Source of the DNA: a virus
Reading direction: 5' to 3' (one strand)
Virus record (IMG/VR): IMGVR_UViG_3300050016_000047
Span: 1-64,000 of that record
Length of the DNA: 64,000 nt
The notes under the pieces are model-generated. The model saw only the letters and a program-made list of their open reading frames with translations, was not told the DNA's origin and searched no databases. Below, piece by piece: positions 38,837 through 49,400 of this stretch; the stretch's first letter is position 1, and every line of letters starts with the position of its first letter. A program made the position numbers and the translations under genes.

Positions 38837-41326
38837 ATGAAAAAACTTCTTACTCTCTTAGGGACGATTATTCTGGGGTTTGTCATAACCGGAACCGCTT
38901 CAGCACAGTCCGGTATTCGGGCAAATACTTTTAGTGCAACTGGCGCTGACATAGCTATCAACAATGCAGGAACAGCAATAGCTTTTCACCAGCTTACGTG
39001 GGTTAAAACCGGAACTGTTAGCACTTGTACCGTAGCTCTGGATACTTCTGCTGACGGCATAACTTGGAGTGCTGGCGGGGCTATCGCTGGACAAACCTGT
39101 ACTAGCAACGGTCAGTCTGTAATCACAGGCTCTATTGCTAACTATGTACGTATGAACGTAACCACGCTTACTGGTGGTGGAACCATTAACGTAACTTGGA
39201 CCGGATATACAGCAACTCCGGGCGGAAGCATAACATTCGCTGGAGCGCCTACCGGAAGTTGTTCTGCTGCACAAACCGCTGTAGATTCAACAACCGGAGA
39301 TTTCTATTCTTGTAATGGCGGTGTGTGGTTAGCAGTTGGTCCGGGTGCCGCTGGTTCTGCGGCTTTTAGTACTCTAACTGCTGGTACTAACGGCGGGCAA
39401 GCTTTAGTGGTTGGAAACGGCTCAACGCTGTCCGTAACCGGAACAGGCACCATTGCTGCTACCTCGGCGGCTAAGTGGACAACTGCTCGCAACCTAGCTG
39501 GTAATTCTACAGACGGTTCGGCCAATGTCGCGTTCTCAAACAAATTTATAGTTCAAGGTACAACGGATTCTGGGTTATCGGGACCGCAATTCTTAGGTGC
39601 TTTGGGTACGGGTATAGTAAAGAATACAACTACAACTGGTGTTCTTAGTATAGCAGTTGCCGGAGACTTCCCAACACTAAACCAAAACACTACTGGTTCT
39701 TCTGCAACTCTATCCGGTTCTCTTACACAGTGTACTAGCGGACAGTTTGCAACAGGTATTACTTCTACAGGAGCTTCTAATTGCAGTACTCCAGCAGGTT
39801 CGGGAAACGTGAGTGGCCCAGTTACAAACACCGATGCTTTTGTTCCTCAGTGGAACGGAGCTAATAGTCTTCTTCTAAAGGACGGGTTGGCCGTAGCGAC
39901 CGCTAACACCACTTCGGCTCTAGTTCAAAGAGACGGTTCGGGTAATTTTTCAGCGGGAACCATTACTGCTACTCTTTCTGGTAACGCTTCTACAGTTACT
40001 AACGGTGTGACTGCGGCTTCTAACTTTACAAACGCTCAACTAGTGATTGCCGGTGGAGCTAATAAAACTCTAGCTACTGGTCCCGCGTATGCGTCAACAA
40101 ACACAGCATCTAACATTGTACAAAGAGATTCTAGTGGAAACTTTTCCGCTGGAACTATTACCGCGACCTTAACAGGAAACGCTGATACTGTTACCAATGG
40201 CGTCACAGCGGCATCTAACTTTACCAACACTTCTATTCTGGTAGCCGCCGGAGCTAACAAGACTTCCGCCAGTATGGGATCAGACTTCCTTTTTGCGACT
40301 CACACAATTACGGCAGGAGCCAGCGGTGTATTAGATATGTCTGGCGGTAGTTTGTTTAAAACAACCGTGGGTTCGAGTTTTACTTGCGCGGCAGAAGGAT
40401 GTTTTGGATTCGATACAGGTCCGGGCAAGATGTACCATGTATTTGCTAATGGTGCGGATTCTCTGGTAGCTACTAAACCTGTTTCCGTAACCGTAGCAAA
40501 TAACGATTGTCCTAAGTGGGTGGTAAGTGGAACCAATATATCTATTGGAACTACCGGCGCTGCTTGCGCGGCAAGCGGTGTATCGGGAACCACTGGATAT
40601 ATTCCTAAGTTTGCCAGTTCGACTACTGTAGGAAATTCCGCCGTAGACGACGGAGTAACCACAGCTTCTACTATTACATCTACTGAAGCAATCGTAGCTC
40701 CTAGTTTTTCTTCGTCCGCAAGCGGAGCAGGATACTTCCAATGTACGCAAGGAACTCTTCCCGGCGTCGGTGGTGCTAACACAGCCACACTAACATGCCC
40801 GGCAGCAGTTACGGCGTATGAAGCTGTTCTATGGGGAGCGTCCGCAACCGGAATAGTTCACGCTTCTAATTCTTCCAACGTAGATACTTTGTCTATCAGT
40901 GCCGTTGTCGGCGCAGATATGACCAACAACACCGTAACCGCTACACAACTTGCTGCTCAATACTCCAAAGATTCTTGTACGGAACTATGGGGTGGAAGCG
41001 GTACATCTTTTGCTCTTACTTCTGGAGACGACGCCATATCTAATAACTCCTGTTATAACGACTCTGGTGTAACACGAACCATAACAGCGGTTAAGTGTCG
41101 TAGCGATAACGGAACCAATACTACTACGGTGAATCCTACATTTGGTGCAGCGGGGACAGGAACGACCATATTAAGTGGTGCGCTTACCTGTGGTTCTAGT
41201 CTAGCTTATAGTTCTAGTGGAACAGTATCAAATGCAAGTTGGACAACGGGTACTGGAATTACTCCAGCCATGAGTGGTACGCTTACTGGAACCAGTATTG
41301 CCGTGATTGTAGAGTATACATACTAA
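38837..41326 (+). CDS. Gly/Thr/Ser-rich fibre-like protein with a Sec signal peptide
   Basis: Signal MKKLL...ASA|Q; fibre-type motifs AAKWTTARNL and a duplicated QRDxSGNFSAGTITATLxGNAxTVTNGV. Confidence 0.6.
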   Translation: MKKLLTLLGTIILGFVITGTASAQSGIRANTFSATGADIAINNAGTAIAFHQLTWVKTGTVSTCTVALDTSADGITWSAGGAIAGQTCTSNGQSVITGSIANYVRMNVTTLTGGGTINVTWTGYTATPGGSITFAGAPTGSCSAAQTAVDSTTGDFYSCNGGVWLAVGPGAAGSAAFSTLTAGTNGGQALVVGNGSTLSVTGTGTIAATSAAKWTTARNLAGNSTDGSANVAFSNKFIVQGTTDSGLSGPQFLGALGTGIVKNTTTTGVLSIAVAGDFPTLNQNTTGSSATLSGSLTQCTSGQFATGITSTGASNCSTPAGSGNVSGPVTNTDAFVPQWNGANSLLLKDGLAVATANTTSALVQRDGSGNFSAGTITATLSGNASTVTNGVTAASNFTNAQLVIAGGANKTLATGPAYASTNTASNIVQRDSSGNFSAGTITATLTGNADTVTNGVTAASNFTNTSILVAAGANKTSASMGSDFLFATHTITAGASGVLDMSGGSLFKTTVGSSFTCAAEGCFGFDTGPGKMYHVFANGADSLVATKPVSVTVANNDCPKWVVSGTNISIGTTGAACAASGVSGTTGYIPKFASSTTVGNSAVDDGVTTASTITSTEAIVAPSFSSSASGAGYFQCTQGTLPGVGGANTATLTCPAAVTAYEAVLWGASATGIVHASNSSNVDTLSISAVVGADMTNNTVTATQLAAQYSKDSCTELWGGSGTSFALTSGDDAISNNSCYNDSGVTRTITAVKCRSDNGTNTTTVNPTFGAAGTGTTILSGALTCGSSLAYSSSGTVSNASWTTGTGITPAMSGTLTGTSIAVIVEYTY

Positions 41327-42048
41327 TGAAACCATTACTAATTATTCTTATTAGTATCATTCTAAGTTCGCCAGTGTTTTCACAACACGTTATAATTGCA
41401 AGACGTAGAGCATCTGGCGGCGGAGGCGGTAACGACCCTCTTACATACACATTCTCACAAAGTCAGAAAACTACGGGAACGGCTAGTGGCGCGACCGTAA
41501 CTTTAACACTTAACCCAGCTTTGCACGATGTTGTAATAGCACTTGGCGGTTGTGCGAACACTGGTACGCCGACCGTTGTGGATAATGCCGGGAACTCCTA
41601 TAGCGTGAAAACAGCTTCTTTAGGTTCTGCCGTTGGCAGCCAGACATTTGTTTTTGCATCAGTTTTGCTTGATGCGCCGTCCAATGCAGATAAACAAATA
41701 ATTTTGACCTGTCCCGGCGGCGGCTCAAATGCTACTGTATTTTCGGCTGTGGACGTAACACCAAATACGACAGGGGCTACTTACGATATTTCAAACTCCG
41801 GCGGAACAGCTAGTAGCGTAACGTCAGTTACCACGCCGTCTCTTTCAACGACTTATGCACAAGAGTTTTGTACGTTTTATGAACTTCCAGCCGGGAGTAC
41901 ATCCAGTATAAACTCGCCGTGGACAGGCATAGGAGCAGACGGAGATTTTGGTGAGGCTGCCTACAACTTAAGTAGTGCGAATCCATCAGTTCCAGCAGCA
42001 ACTATTTCGAGCGGCAAATACGACTCGGTTCACCTATGCGTATACTAA
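41326..42048 (+). CDS. Secreted-type beta-rich protein
   Basis: ATG overlaps the upstream TAA; signal-like MKPLLIILISIILSSPVFSQ. Confidence 0.5.
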   Translation: MKPLLIILISIILSSPVFSQHVIIARRRASGGGGGNDPLTYTFSQSQKTTGTASGATVTLTLNPALHDVVIALGGCANTGTPTVVDNAGNSYSVKTASLGSAVGSQTFVFASVLLDAPSNADKQIILTCPGGGSNATVFSAVDVTPNTTGATYDISNSGGTASSVTSVTTPSLSTTYAQEFCTFYELPAGSTSSINSPWTGIGADGDFGEAAYNLSSANPSVPAATISSGKYDSVHLCVY

Positions 42049-43967
42049 AAAACCTTTTAGTACTTGTAGCGTTCCTGTTCTTGGCACAATCGGCCAGTGC
42101 TGCTACCGTGTACGTCTCTCAGTCTGGCGGTTCGACAAGTTGCGGTGCAGACGGCACGCAAACTACAACCGCCCTCGCCTCCGTGACTTGGACGGCTGGC
42201 AATACATACAAACTTTGCGGCACCTTCACATTTAGCGGTGGGGTTACCGGAATTGAACCGACCGCCTCCGGTACGATGGGTAACGTTCTCACCATCTACG
42301 GCGAAAACAACACGGTCATCCAGTCTCCTTATTTTTCTCATGGTGGCGGCGGAATCAACATTGATGGACTCTCTTATATCCATATAACCAGTGGAACACC
42401 TTGTGGTCAAATTCACAACTCGGTTGAAGCGGTAACTGTTTGCGATCCTACTATTCAAGATACTGCTAATGGTGATTCATTAGCGAATCAGCAAGACACG
42501 ACACTAATTCACGCGATTGGTTGTACGAACTGCGAAGTGGATAACTGGAATCTACTAAACGCCTATGTAAGCGACCTCTCAGGAGCTATTAAAGATAACA
42601 CGCAGGTTGTAGCATCTCAGTTTAGCGGGGACGGGAATAGTTTTCATAACAACAGAGTTATAAATGCGGGCGAAGGCGTAGATTTTGCCCACTACACGAC
42701 CGCGAACACTTTCCATATCAACAACAACTACTTTCAGAAAATCGGTTGGTCGCTGGGTTGTGCGGGTGATAGTTCCTTGGTACAGAAGGTGTGGTTTGAC
42801 GATAACCACGTTACTGACCCCGGTGTTTGGGCGTTGAATGCCCACATTAACGGCATCCATTGTTTCAACGGTTCTGGCGGCGGTATTCTCACACTCTACG
42901 TCTACAACAATCTGATGGATGGCTCATGGAATACGGGCATCACGTCCGGCGTTTTCTTAGAAGGAAATATTAGCAATTGGACGACGAGCACAGGCAAGCT
43001 AATCGCGTTCAATAACATCTTTCACACGACGGACAACACAAATCCCGGAGACGGCTGGATAGGCGACTTTGCGGGCAACGGGCATTTGGTCTTTAACAAC
43101 ACTTTCCTCGGCGTGAATGGGACATCCTATCTATTCGGTGTTAGCACGAATGGCGTGCAGACCGCGACAGGGCTGACTTTTGAAAATAATATTCTTCAGG
43201 GTGGAGGTCAGGTAATCCGAGACATTGATACGCCCGCGACATATACTAAGATTGACTACAACTTCTATGCAAACTCCGCAACTGGTAACCCCATATGGGA
43301 GTTTACATCGGGTTGTCGCGTAAGCAGCTTGGCTGATTGGCAAGCTTGCTCTCCGTCTCCAGATGCTCACGCACAGGCACAACTTGGCTCCCCGTGGGCA
43401 AACCTAAACAACACTACTGGTGTTGTATCCACAGGGTTCGCCGGGAATACGGGAGGATTAAATCTTACGTCGTTGTGCAGCGGCGATCTAGTTCCTTTGT
43501 GTTCTGATATTATTGGGGTTTCCCGTCCGGGTGGTTCAACTGCTTGGACCGTTGGGGCATATCAGTTTTCTGCTGGTGGTAGCCCAACGGCGGATTTATC
43601 GCCAACTAGTATTAGTTTTGGTAACGTAACGACAGGTACAACCACCGGGACCAGCACGGTGACGTTAACAAACAATGGCTCAGTAACACTAAATATATCT
43701 TCAATCGCTAAAGGTGGCTCTGACACAACAAAATTTAGTTTGACTAACGGGTGTAGTACAACTCTTGCCGCGAGTGCTTCTTGCACCTTTACTGTCAGTT
43801 TCAGTCCAACCGCAGTTACTAGCTATAGTGCAAATATAACCGTTACAACAGATGCTAGTACAAGTCCCGATCTTGTGACGTTGACGGGTGCTGGTGTTGC
43901 AGCAACTCCGGGCGGAGCGGTTTCTGGTGGAAAATTCGTTTTAGGTGGCACAGCACTTAATCACTAA
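42036..43967 (+). CDS. Signal-peptide protein with a parallel beta-helix and a C-terminal Ig-like (ASH/choice-of-anchor D) domain
   Basis: ASA|ATVYV, repeated NN beta-helix turns, LSPTSISFGNV...VTLTNNGSVTLNISSI...CTFTVSFSP. Confidence 0.7.
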   Translation: MRILKNLLVLVAFLFLAQSASAATVYVSQSGGSTSCGADGTQTTTALASVTWTAGNTYKLCGTFTFSGGVTGIEPTASGTMGNVLTIYGENNTVIQSPYFSHGGGGINIDGLSYIHITSGTPCGQIHNSVEAVTVCDPTIQDTANGDSLANQQDTTLIHAIGCTNCEVDNWNLLNAYVSDLSGAIKDNTQVVASQFSGDGNSFHNNRVINAGEGVDFAHYTTANTFHINNNYFQKIGWSLGCAGDSSLVQKVWFDDNHVTDPGVWALNAHINGIHCFNGSGGGILTLYVYNNLMDGSWNTGITSGVFLEGNISNWTTSTGKLIAFNNIFHTTDNTNPGDGWIGDFAGNGHLVFNNTFLGVNGTSYLFGVSTNGVQTATGLTFENNILQGGGQVIRDIDTPATYTKIDYNFYANSATGNPIWEFTSGCRVSSLADWQACSPSPDAHAQAQLGSPWANLNNTTGVVSTGFAGNTGGLNLTSLCSGDLVPLCSDIIGVSRPGGSTAWTVGAYQFSAGGSPTADLSPTSISFGNVTTGTTTGTSTVTLTNNGSVTLNISSIAKGGSDTTKFSLTNGCSTTLAASASCTFTVSFSPTAVTSYSANITVTTDASTSPDLVTLTGAGVAATPGGAVSGGKFVLGGTALNH

Positions 43968-44330
43968 TAGAGGAATATATGACTGACTCACACGACGCAA
44001 AAGCAGTTCTAGGAACTAAACCAAAACACTCCAGTAAGTCCAAGGGTAAAAAAGTTCACGAAATGCATATCCGCAAAGCGGACAGCGGCGGGTATATTGC
44101 TAAGCACGATATGGAACAACCCGAAGACCCTTCGCAAGAAGGTAATCCTAGCGAAGAACACGTACTACCCGACGTTCAAAGCCTTGCTCAGCATGTCCAA
44201 GACCACATGTCCCCGGAGCCTCCTGAAGCCGCACCATCGCCAGAAGACGCCGGAGCGGGAGCTTAACTTGTTAAAAGGTATGAAACAATGTGTGTATTCT
44301 TCAGATGGACGAGAATGAGTGGGTGTTAAT

Positions 44331-44510
44331 ATGAGCGCAAGTCACATGTTAGGAAAAGGTAAAAAAGTTCATCCGGGTTTTCGCTCCGTTCAAGGTCGGC
44401 TAGCAAAGAAGTATGGTAAGAAAGCCGCCGGAGCCATCCTTGCGGCTAGCACTCGCAAGGCGTCCAAGTCCGCTAAGAGAAACAATCCACGACTGAAAAG
44501 AGTTAAATAA
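44331..44510 (+). CDS. Small basic protein
   Basis: Lys/Arg-rich HPGFRSVQ...AGAILAASTRKAS...NPRLKRVK, upstream of terminase. Confidence 0.55.
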   Translation: MSASHMLGKGKKVHPGFRSVQGRLAKKYGKKAAGAILAASTRKASKSAKRNNPRLKRVK

Positions 44511-44667
44511 ATGGAATGCCAACATCTAGATTTAAAGAAAACAACCGATAAAGCGGATGACGGCTCTCCAATATATTATTGTGCGGCAAAGTGTGGAGCA
44601 GGTCTTTTCGTTGTGACTCCGTTGAAGATTGTAGTTAGTTATGGACGGGTTAACGAAAAACCAGTAG

Positions 44668-46506
44668 ATGCTTAATCCTCTAATAAACCTACCCGATGAA
44701 GACCTTTATAATCGGATGTGTGAGTTAAGAGAACTTCAAAAGCATAAACCCTCGTCTCTAGATGACATAGAACAATCTGACTTGGGTATAGAAGTTCGCA
44801 GACGAGCTAAAGCCGATCTTTACTTCTTCTTTAAGTATTTCATAGGATTCGAAGAGAAGAAAAATGATCTAGTAGTAGACCGTGTACATCGCCCAGTATG
44901 TGATTTGTTCGTTAAAAAGGACGACTCCAAACCAATCGGCGAGCAAGATTGGCGTAAAGACCGTTTGCTTCTTTATCCTCGCGGTAGTTTTAAAAGTATT
45001 ATAGACGTAGCCGACGCCGCTCAATGGATACTTAACTTTCCTAACATAACGATTTTATTTATGACGGCTTCCAAGCCTCTTGCTGTAGGGTTCTTGGACG
45101 GTCTTAAAACACACTTTGTCATAAAACAAAACAATCCCAGTTTTATGAATCTTTTTTTCTCTAAGTTTTGCGTTGACGAGAATAAACTAGACAACGCCTA
45201 TCAGTTCTATTCCCCACAAAGAACGTTCGACCGCAAAGAACCAACAGTCATGGCGTCTAGTATAGAGTCTACGTTGTCAGGGTTCCACTTTGAAGTAATG
45301 AAGGTGGACGACGTAGTTTCAAACATAAACTCAGAAAACGAACTACAGCTTAGAAAAACTATAAAACAGTTCCACTTAAACCGTAAGATGCTTATGTTGT
45401 TCGGGTATCTGGATATAATCGGTACTCGTTACGACGACATGGACTTATACGGAGAAGCAATAGAGAAGAACGTAGGCAACGTAGTATCTACTAAGCTCAG
45501 TCCTTGCCAAGAAATAATAGATAATCAAGACAACGGTTTTAGAATCCTAATAGGTAAAGGTGTAGTCCTTAAACCGGGATTCGAAGAGAAGACCTATGTA
45601 GAAGCTGGAGAAGAAGGCTGCGACCTTTTATTTCCAGAATACTTAAGTTATCCGCGTCTTATGAAAGAGTGGCGGATAGATGAAGTGTCTTTTGAAGGCC
45701 AGATTAATAATACACCGCGTCAAAAGACTTTCACTACTTTTGACCGTCCGCTTTTACTACGCCATACGGTACCTTTCACCGCTCTTCCGTTAAGTGGTCC
45801 TATTTCTATAACATGGGATTTCGCGTTTAGCAAACAAAAAGGAAGAGATTATAGTACAGCTTGTGTAGCCATATACAACGATAAAGGTCAGATGTTTATT
45901 ATAGACCTTATCAGAGACAGATTTAAAGCTAACGACTTGGCAGAAGCCGTTGTAAAACTAGCCGAGAAATGGCGACCACAAGTAGTAGGTATTGAGGATT
46001 GTTCCGGTTCTAGGTTCTTAGAACCCGCGATTATTGACCACGCAAGAAAGAACGGCTCCCCCGATGTAATGGCGGTATGCGCCGGGATTGACTGGTTTGC
46101 TCCAGATGGGCAAAAAGACGCTAAAAGAATACGTATGTCAGCTTTGCATCCTTGGCTTGTTAACGATCGTTTATTTTTTGTTTCTCATTTACCGTATCTG
46201 GAAGTCTTGTACAAAGAGTTCGAGTTGTGCTTAAGCAACCATCATCACGACGATATTCCAGATGTAATTTCTCAGCAACCCCGATACGCTCCACGTCTTC
46301 AACAAATGATTGAAAAGAATGAAATCCCAACTCTAAGTCGTGAAGACGCAGCCTATAACATTTTATTTGAAAGCGCGGATTGTTTTGGAAGAATAGGCAT
46401 GGGTTGGATTCATCAACCGCTAACACCCCCGATGGAAGACGACGTGGCTACAGAAAGTCAAATGCCCGGTTTAGAAAACATACTTGGTGCTGGTTTAATA
46501 GGATAG
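44668..46506 (+). CDS. terL: Terminase large subunit
   Basis: PRGSFKS Walker A variant, GFHFEVMKVDD Walker B, IGTRY coupling motif, RNase H-type WDFA...DYS...HDDIPD. Confidence 0.92.
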   Translation: MLNPLINLPDEDLYNRMCELRELQKHKPSSLDDIEQSDLGIEVRRRAKADLYFFFKYFIGFEEKKNDLVVDRVHRPVCDLFVKKDDSKPIGEQDWRKDRLLLYPRGSFKSIIDVADAAQWILNFPNITILFMTASKPLAVGFLDGLKTHFVIKQNNPSFMNLFFSKFCVDENKLDNAYQFYSPQRTFDRKEPTVMASSIESTLSGFHFEVMKVDDVVSNINSENELQLRKTIKQFHLNRKMLMLFGYLDIIGTRYDDMDLYGEAIEKNVGNVVSTKLSPCQEIIDNQDNGFRILIGKGVVLKPGFEEKTYVEAGEEGCDLLFPEYLSYPRLMKEWRIDEVSFEGQINNTPRQKTFTTFDRPLLLRHTVPFTALPLSGPISITWDFAFSKQKGRDYSTACVAIYNDKGQMFIIDLIRDRFKANDLAEAVVKLAEKWRPQVVGIEDCSGSRFLEPAIIDHARKNGSPDVMAVCAGIDWFAPDGQKDAKRIRMSALHPWLVNDRLFFVSHLPYLEVLYKEFELCLSNHHHDDIPDVISQQPRYAPRLQQMIEKNEIPTLSREDAAYNILFESADCFGRIGMGWIHQPLTPPMEDDVATESQMPGLENILGAGLIG

Positions 46507-46507
46507 T

Positions 46508-46651
46508 ATGATAACGGTCTATTTGATTGTAAACACCGCCAACGATAAAGTGTATGTGGGGCAGACTTCTCAAAATTTGCATCGAAGATGGCTGGCGCAC
46601 TGTCATCGTTCTGTTTGTTCCAAGCGAACGATACTACCACAGAGGTTCTAA
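46508..46651 (+). pseudogene. Truncated GIY-YIG endonuclease remnant
   Basis: MITVYLIVNTANDKVYVGQTSQNLHRRWLAH, then a stop at 47 aa. Confidence 0.75.
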
Positions 46652-46657
46652 AAAATA

Positions 46658-48775
46658 ATGGCTCTGCTAGAACAACCAATAAAATCTCCACAAACCGACG
46701 GCGTGGACCCTGTCGCGGCCCGACGTGTTCTGACAACCGGAGAATGGGATGATGCCAGCGCTTTAAAAATCGTAGTTCAGGATGCACAAAGAGCAGAGAA
46801 TTTTGAACTAACAAAGCAATGGGTTATGGCTTGGCCGCAGGCAGCAGTATTGTATCAGTCTCCATACATGTCTAAGTATTGGGAAGGAACACAGACTGAA
46901 CAGGCCAACGTGCCGTTCTTCACTGTGGCGACTTCGGTAAACTCTCTAGTCCCTCAGATTATGAATGGTTTGTTCTATGACGATCCGCCATTTATGATTC
47001 AGAAGCGTCCCGGGACTTCTGACTTGGCCGCAAAAGCTGTTGAAGAAATCCTAGCCTATCAGATTGGCGATATTGATTTTAAACGAGAACTAAGACTCGG
47101 TGCGATTAATGCGGTGTTATTCGGTACTGGTATATGGAAATGGGGATGGGAAACTTCTACTAGAGAACGCAAAACCTATCGTAGAAAAACAATGACGCCG
47201 ACCGTAAAAGTCGGGGTTCTACCAGACGTTCAAATACAAGACAACGACGAAGAAATAGAAGAAGTCTTAACCGAAGAATATATAGACCGACCTACTTTTG
47301 AACACATTGTTAATCTACGGCACCTACTAGTTGACCCCGGACTTAACGTTCCCGACATTCGTAAAGCTGGATATGTAGTTCATCGTATGTATTTAACTTG
47401 GGATGGTCTGGATAAACTTCGTGACCGTCCCGGTTTTACGATACCTTCTAGGGAAGAACTACTTGAGCTTTTCTTACCACCAGTAGAAATGGCCGAACGC
47501 GCGACTGCCGAAGTTACGGTACGGAATCCTCTTTGGGATGCTCGTGCAGAACCGCGCTACGAGAGTACTACGATTGACCCTTTTGCTCAGCCACTAGAAG
47601 TCCTAGAGCGTTGGGATAACAATAAATACATTGTCGTTCTACAGAAGAAACTCGTTATATGTAATGACAACAATCCTTATGGAGTTATTCCTTTCTTGTC
47701 CGTCGGATGGTGGGATGTTCCTGAGAGTTTCTGGTCTTTGGGACTAGCTAAAACTATTGGTTCAGAACAACGCATCCAGCAAGGTGTTACTAACGCTTGG
47801 CTGAACAACCTATCTCTAAATCTAAACGGCGTGTACACGCGCGTGCGAGGTAAGAATGCTCCAACGCAAAGTATCCGAATTGCCCCCGGACGTATTATTG
47901 ATATTGAGGAGCAGGGAGATTTTACCCCTCTCAAACGGCTTGACAGCATTCCCGAAGTAGGTGCTGCAATTCAAATGTCTCAAGCTCGCGCAGAAAGCAT
48001 ATCAGGAGCTAACGAGCTTATTACACAAGGAAGCCTGAGTGGTGGTGGAAGAAGTTCCATAACTCGAACTGCTTCCGGTGCGAACCTGATGGCTAGCGGT
48101 ACTGGTTCCAGAATCCAAGACTTCGTTGAGAAAATCGCAGACCAAGTTATAATTCCATTCTTGTACGCGGCCACAGATATGAATAGCGCGTTGATGCCGC
48201 TGTCCACTCTTAAGTATCTTCTTGACCAAGAACTTCAGTCTGCTTATAAAGGCGACTTACTAGACATACTTAATGCTAGAGTTAAGTTTAATATTTCTGC
48301 GGCTGCCAGACTACAGTCTCGTAGAAACATGGCTCAAGCTCTGCCAATTCTTATCCAGTACATTACAAGTCCTGCGATTATTCAGAGTCTTGGTACTGAA
48401 GGTAAGAAAATCAAGAACGATGAAATCCTTCGTATGCTTTGGGAAGTTTCGGATTGGAAGAACTTCCGAGATGTAATTGTAGACATGACTCCAGAAGACC
48501 AACAGAGATTTATGTCTCAGACTCCGGGTGCGATAGCTGCGATGCAAAATCAAGGTAAGCAGAAACTAGAAGACCAGAAGTTTAAGAACAAGCGAGTTCT
48601 TAACGAAGACAACAACGTAGCTAGAGCCGGGAACACTTTCTTGAAACAAGCTGGCGAAAGCAATCTTGAAAGAGCACAAAACGAAGTAGCTAGACAAACT
48701 ATAGAAAGATCGGCCACTAACTTTGAAACGGAAGGACAGCCCGGAAATCAAGGTTTCGGCGACGTACAACCTTAA
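46658..48775 (+). CDS. Portal protein
   Basis: 705 aa after terminase; FGTGIWKWGW, NPYGVIPF, SGANELITQG...RTASGA resemble P22-like portals. Confidence 0.85.
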   Translation: MALLEQPIKSPQTDGVDPVAARRVLTTGEWDDASALKIVVQDAQRAENFELTKQWVMAWPQAAVLYQSPYMSKYWEGTQTEQANVPFFTVATSVNSLVPQIMNGLFYDDPPFMIQKRPGTSDLAAKAVEEILAYQIGDIDFKRELRLGAINAVLFGTGIWKWGWETSTRERKTYRRKTMTPTVKVGVLPDVQIQDNDEEIEEVLTEEYIDRPTFEHIVNLRHLLVDPGLNVPDIRKAGYVVHRMYLTWDGLDKLRDRPGFTIPSREELLELFLPPVEMAERATAEVTVRNPLWDARAEPRYESTTIDPFAQPLEVLERWDNNKYIVVLQKKLVICNDNNPYGVIPFLSVGWWDVPESFWSLGLAKTIGSEQRIQQGVTNAWLNNLSLNLNGVYTRVRGKNAPTQSIRIAPGRIIDIEEQGDFTPLKRLDSIPEVGAAIQMSQARAESISGANELITQGSLSGGGRSSITRTASGANLMASGTGSRIQDFVEKIADQVIIPFLYAATDMNSALMPLSTLKYLLDQELQSAYKGDLLDILNARVKFNISAAARLQSRRNMAQALPILIQYITSPAIIQSLGTEGKKIKNDEILRMLWEVSDWKNFRDVIVDMTPEDQQRFMSQTPGAIAAMQNQGKQKLEDQKFKNKRVLNEDNNVARAGNTFLKQAGESNLERAQNEVARQTIERSATNFETEGQPGNQGFGDVQP

Positions 48776-49400
48776 TGACTCCTCTTACAGCAAGCCATTT
48801 TGAAGCTGGCGTGGAAGCTATGCGACTCGTAGCCGTAGACAGAGTAAACGAGTGGCATAAGGCAAAGTGGAATGACCAAGAAAGTTTATCCATAGCAGAA
48901 GTTCATCAACTATTAAACTGTGTTTCTGCCGACATTCAAATCGCTGCGGTTCAGGGCGAGCAATAAACTAAGCGCGAAAGGCTTACATGGCTAACATGAG
49001 TTCGGAAGATTTCATTAGTAGAATAGAAAGCATACGTCAGGCTCCGCTTGACAGTAACGAAGTTTTAGAAATACAGATGTGGCAGGACGGAAAAGCGTTG
49101 TCACAATTAGTAGCTTTTCCGGGATGGGAAGTTATCATATCAATGCTGCAAGGATATGCAGAAGCAGAAGTACAGCGTTGTATGAAAACCGATCCTAAAA
49201 ATAAAGAAGAAGTCGCCGCGTCTCATGCAGTTGCGTTTGCTTTAAACGGAGTTTTTCTTAGATTCTTAGAAGACGTAAACAATAGAATCGAAGCTTCTAA
49301 AACAACTCCGGATGTTATTAAACAGCAGATTAGAAAACCAGCAGATGTACCGTTCGAACAGTAAAGTAAACCGTGCTCCCGGATTGGAGCAGGAGAATGT

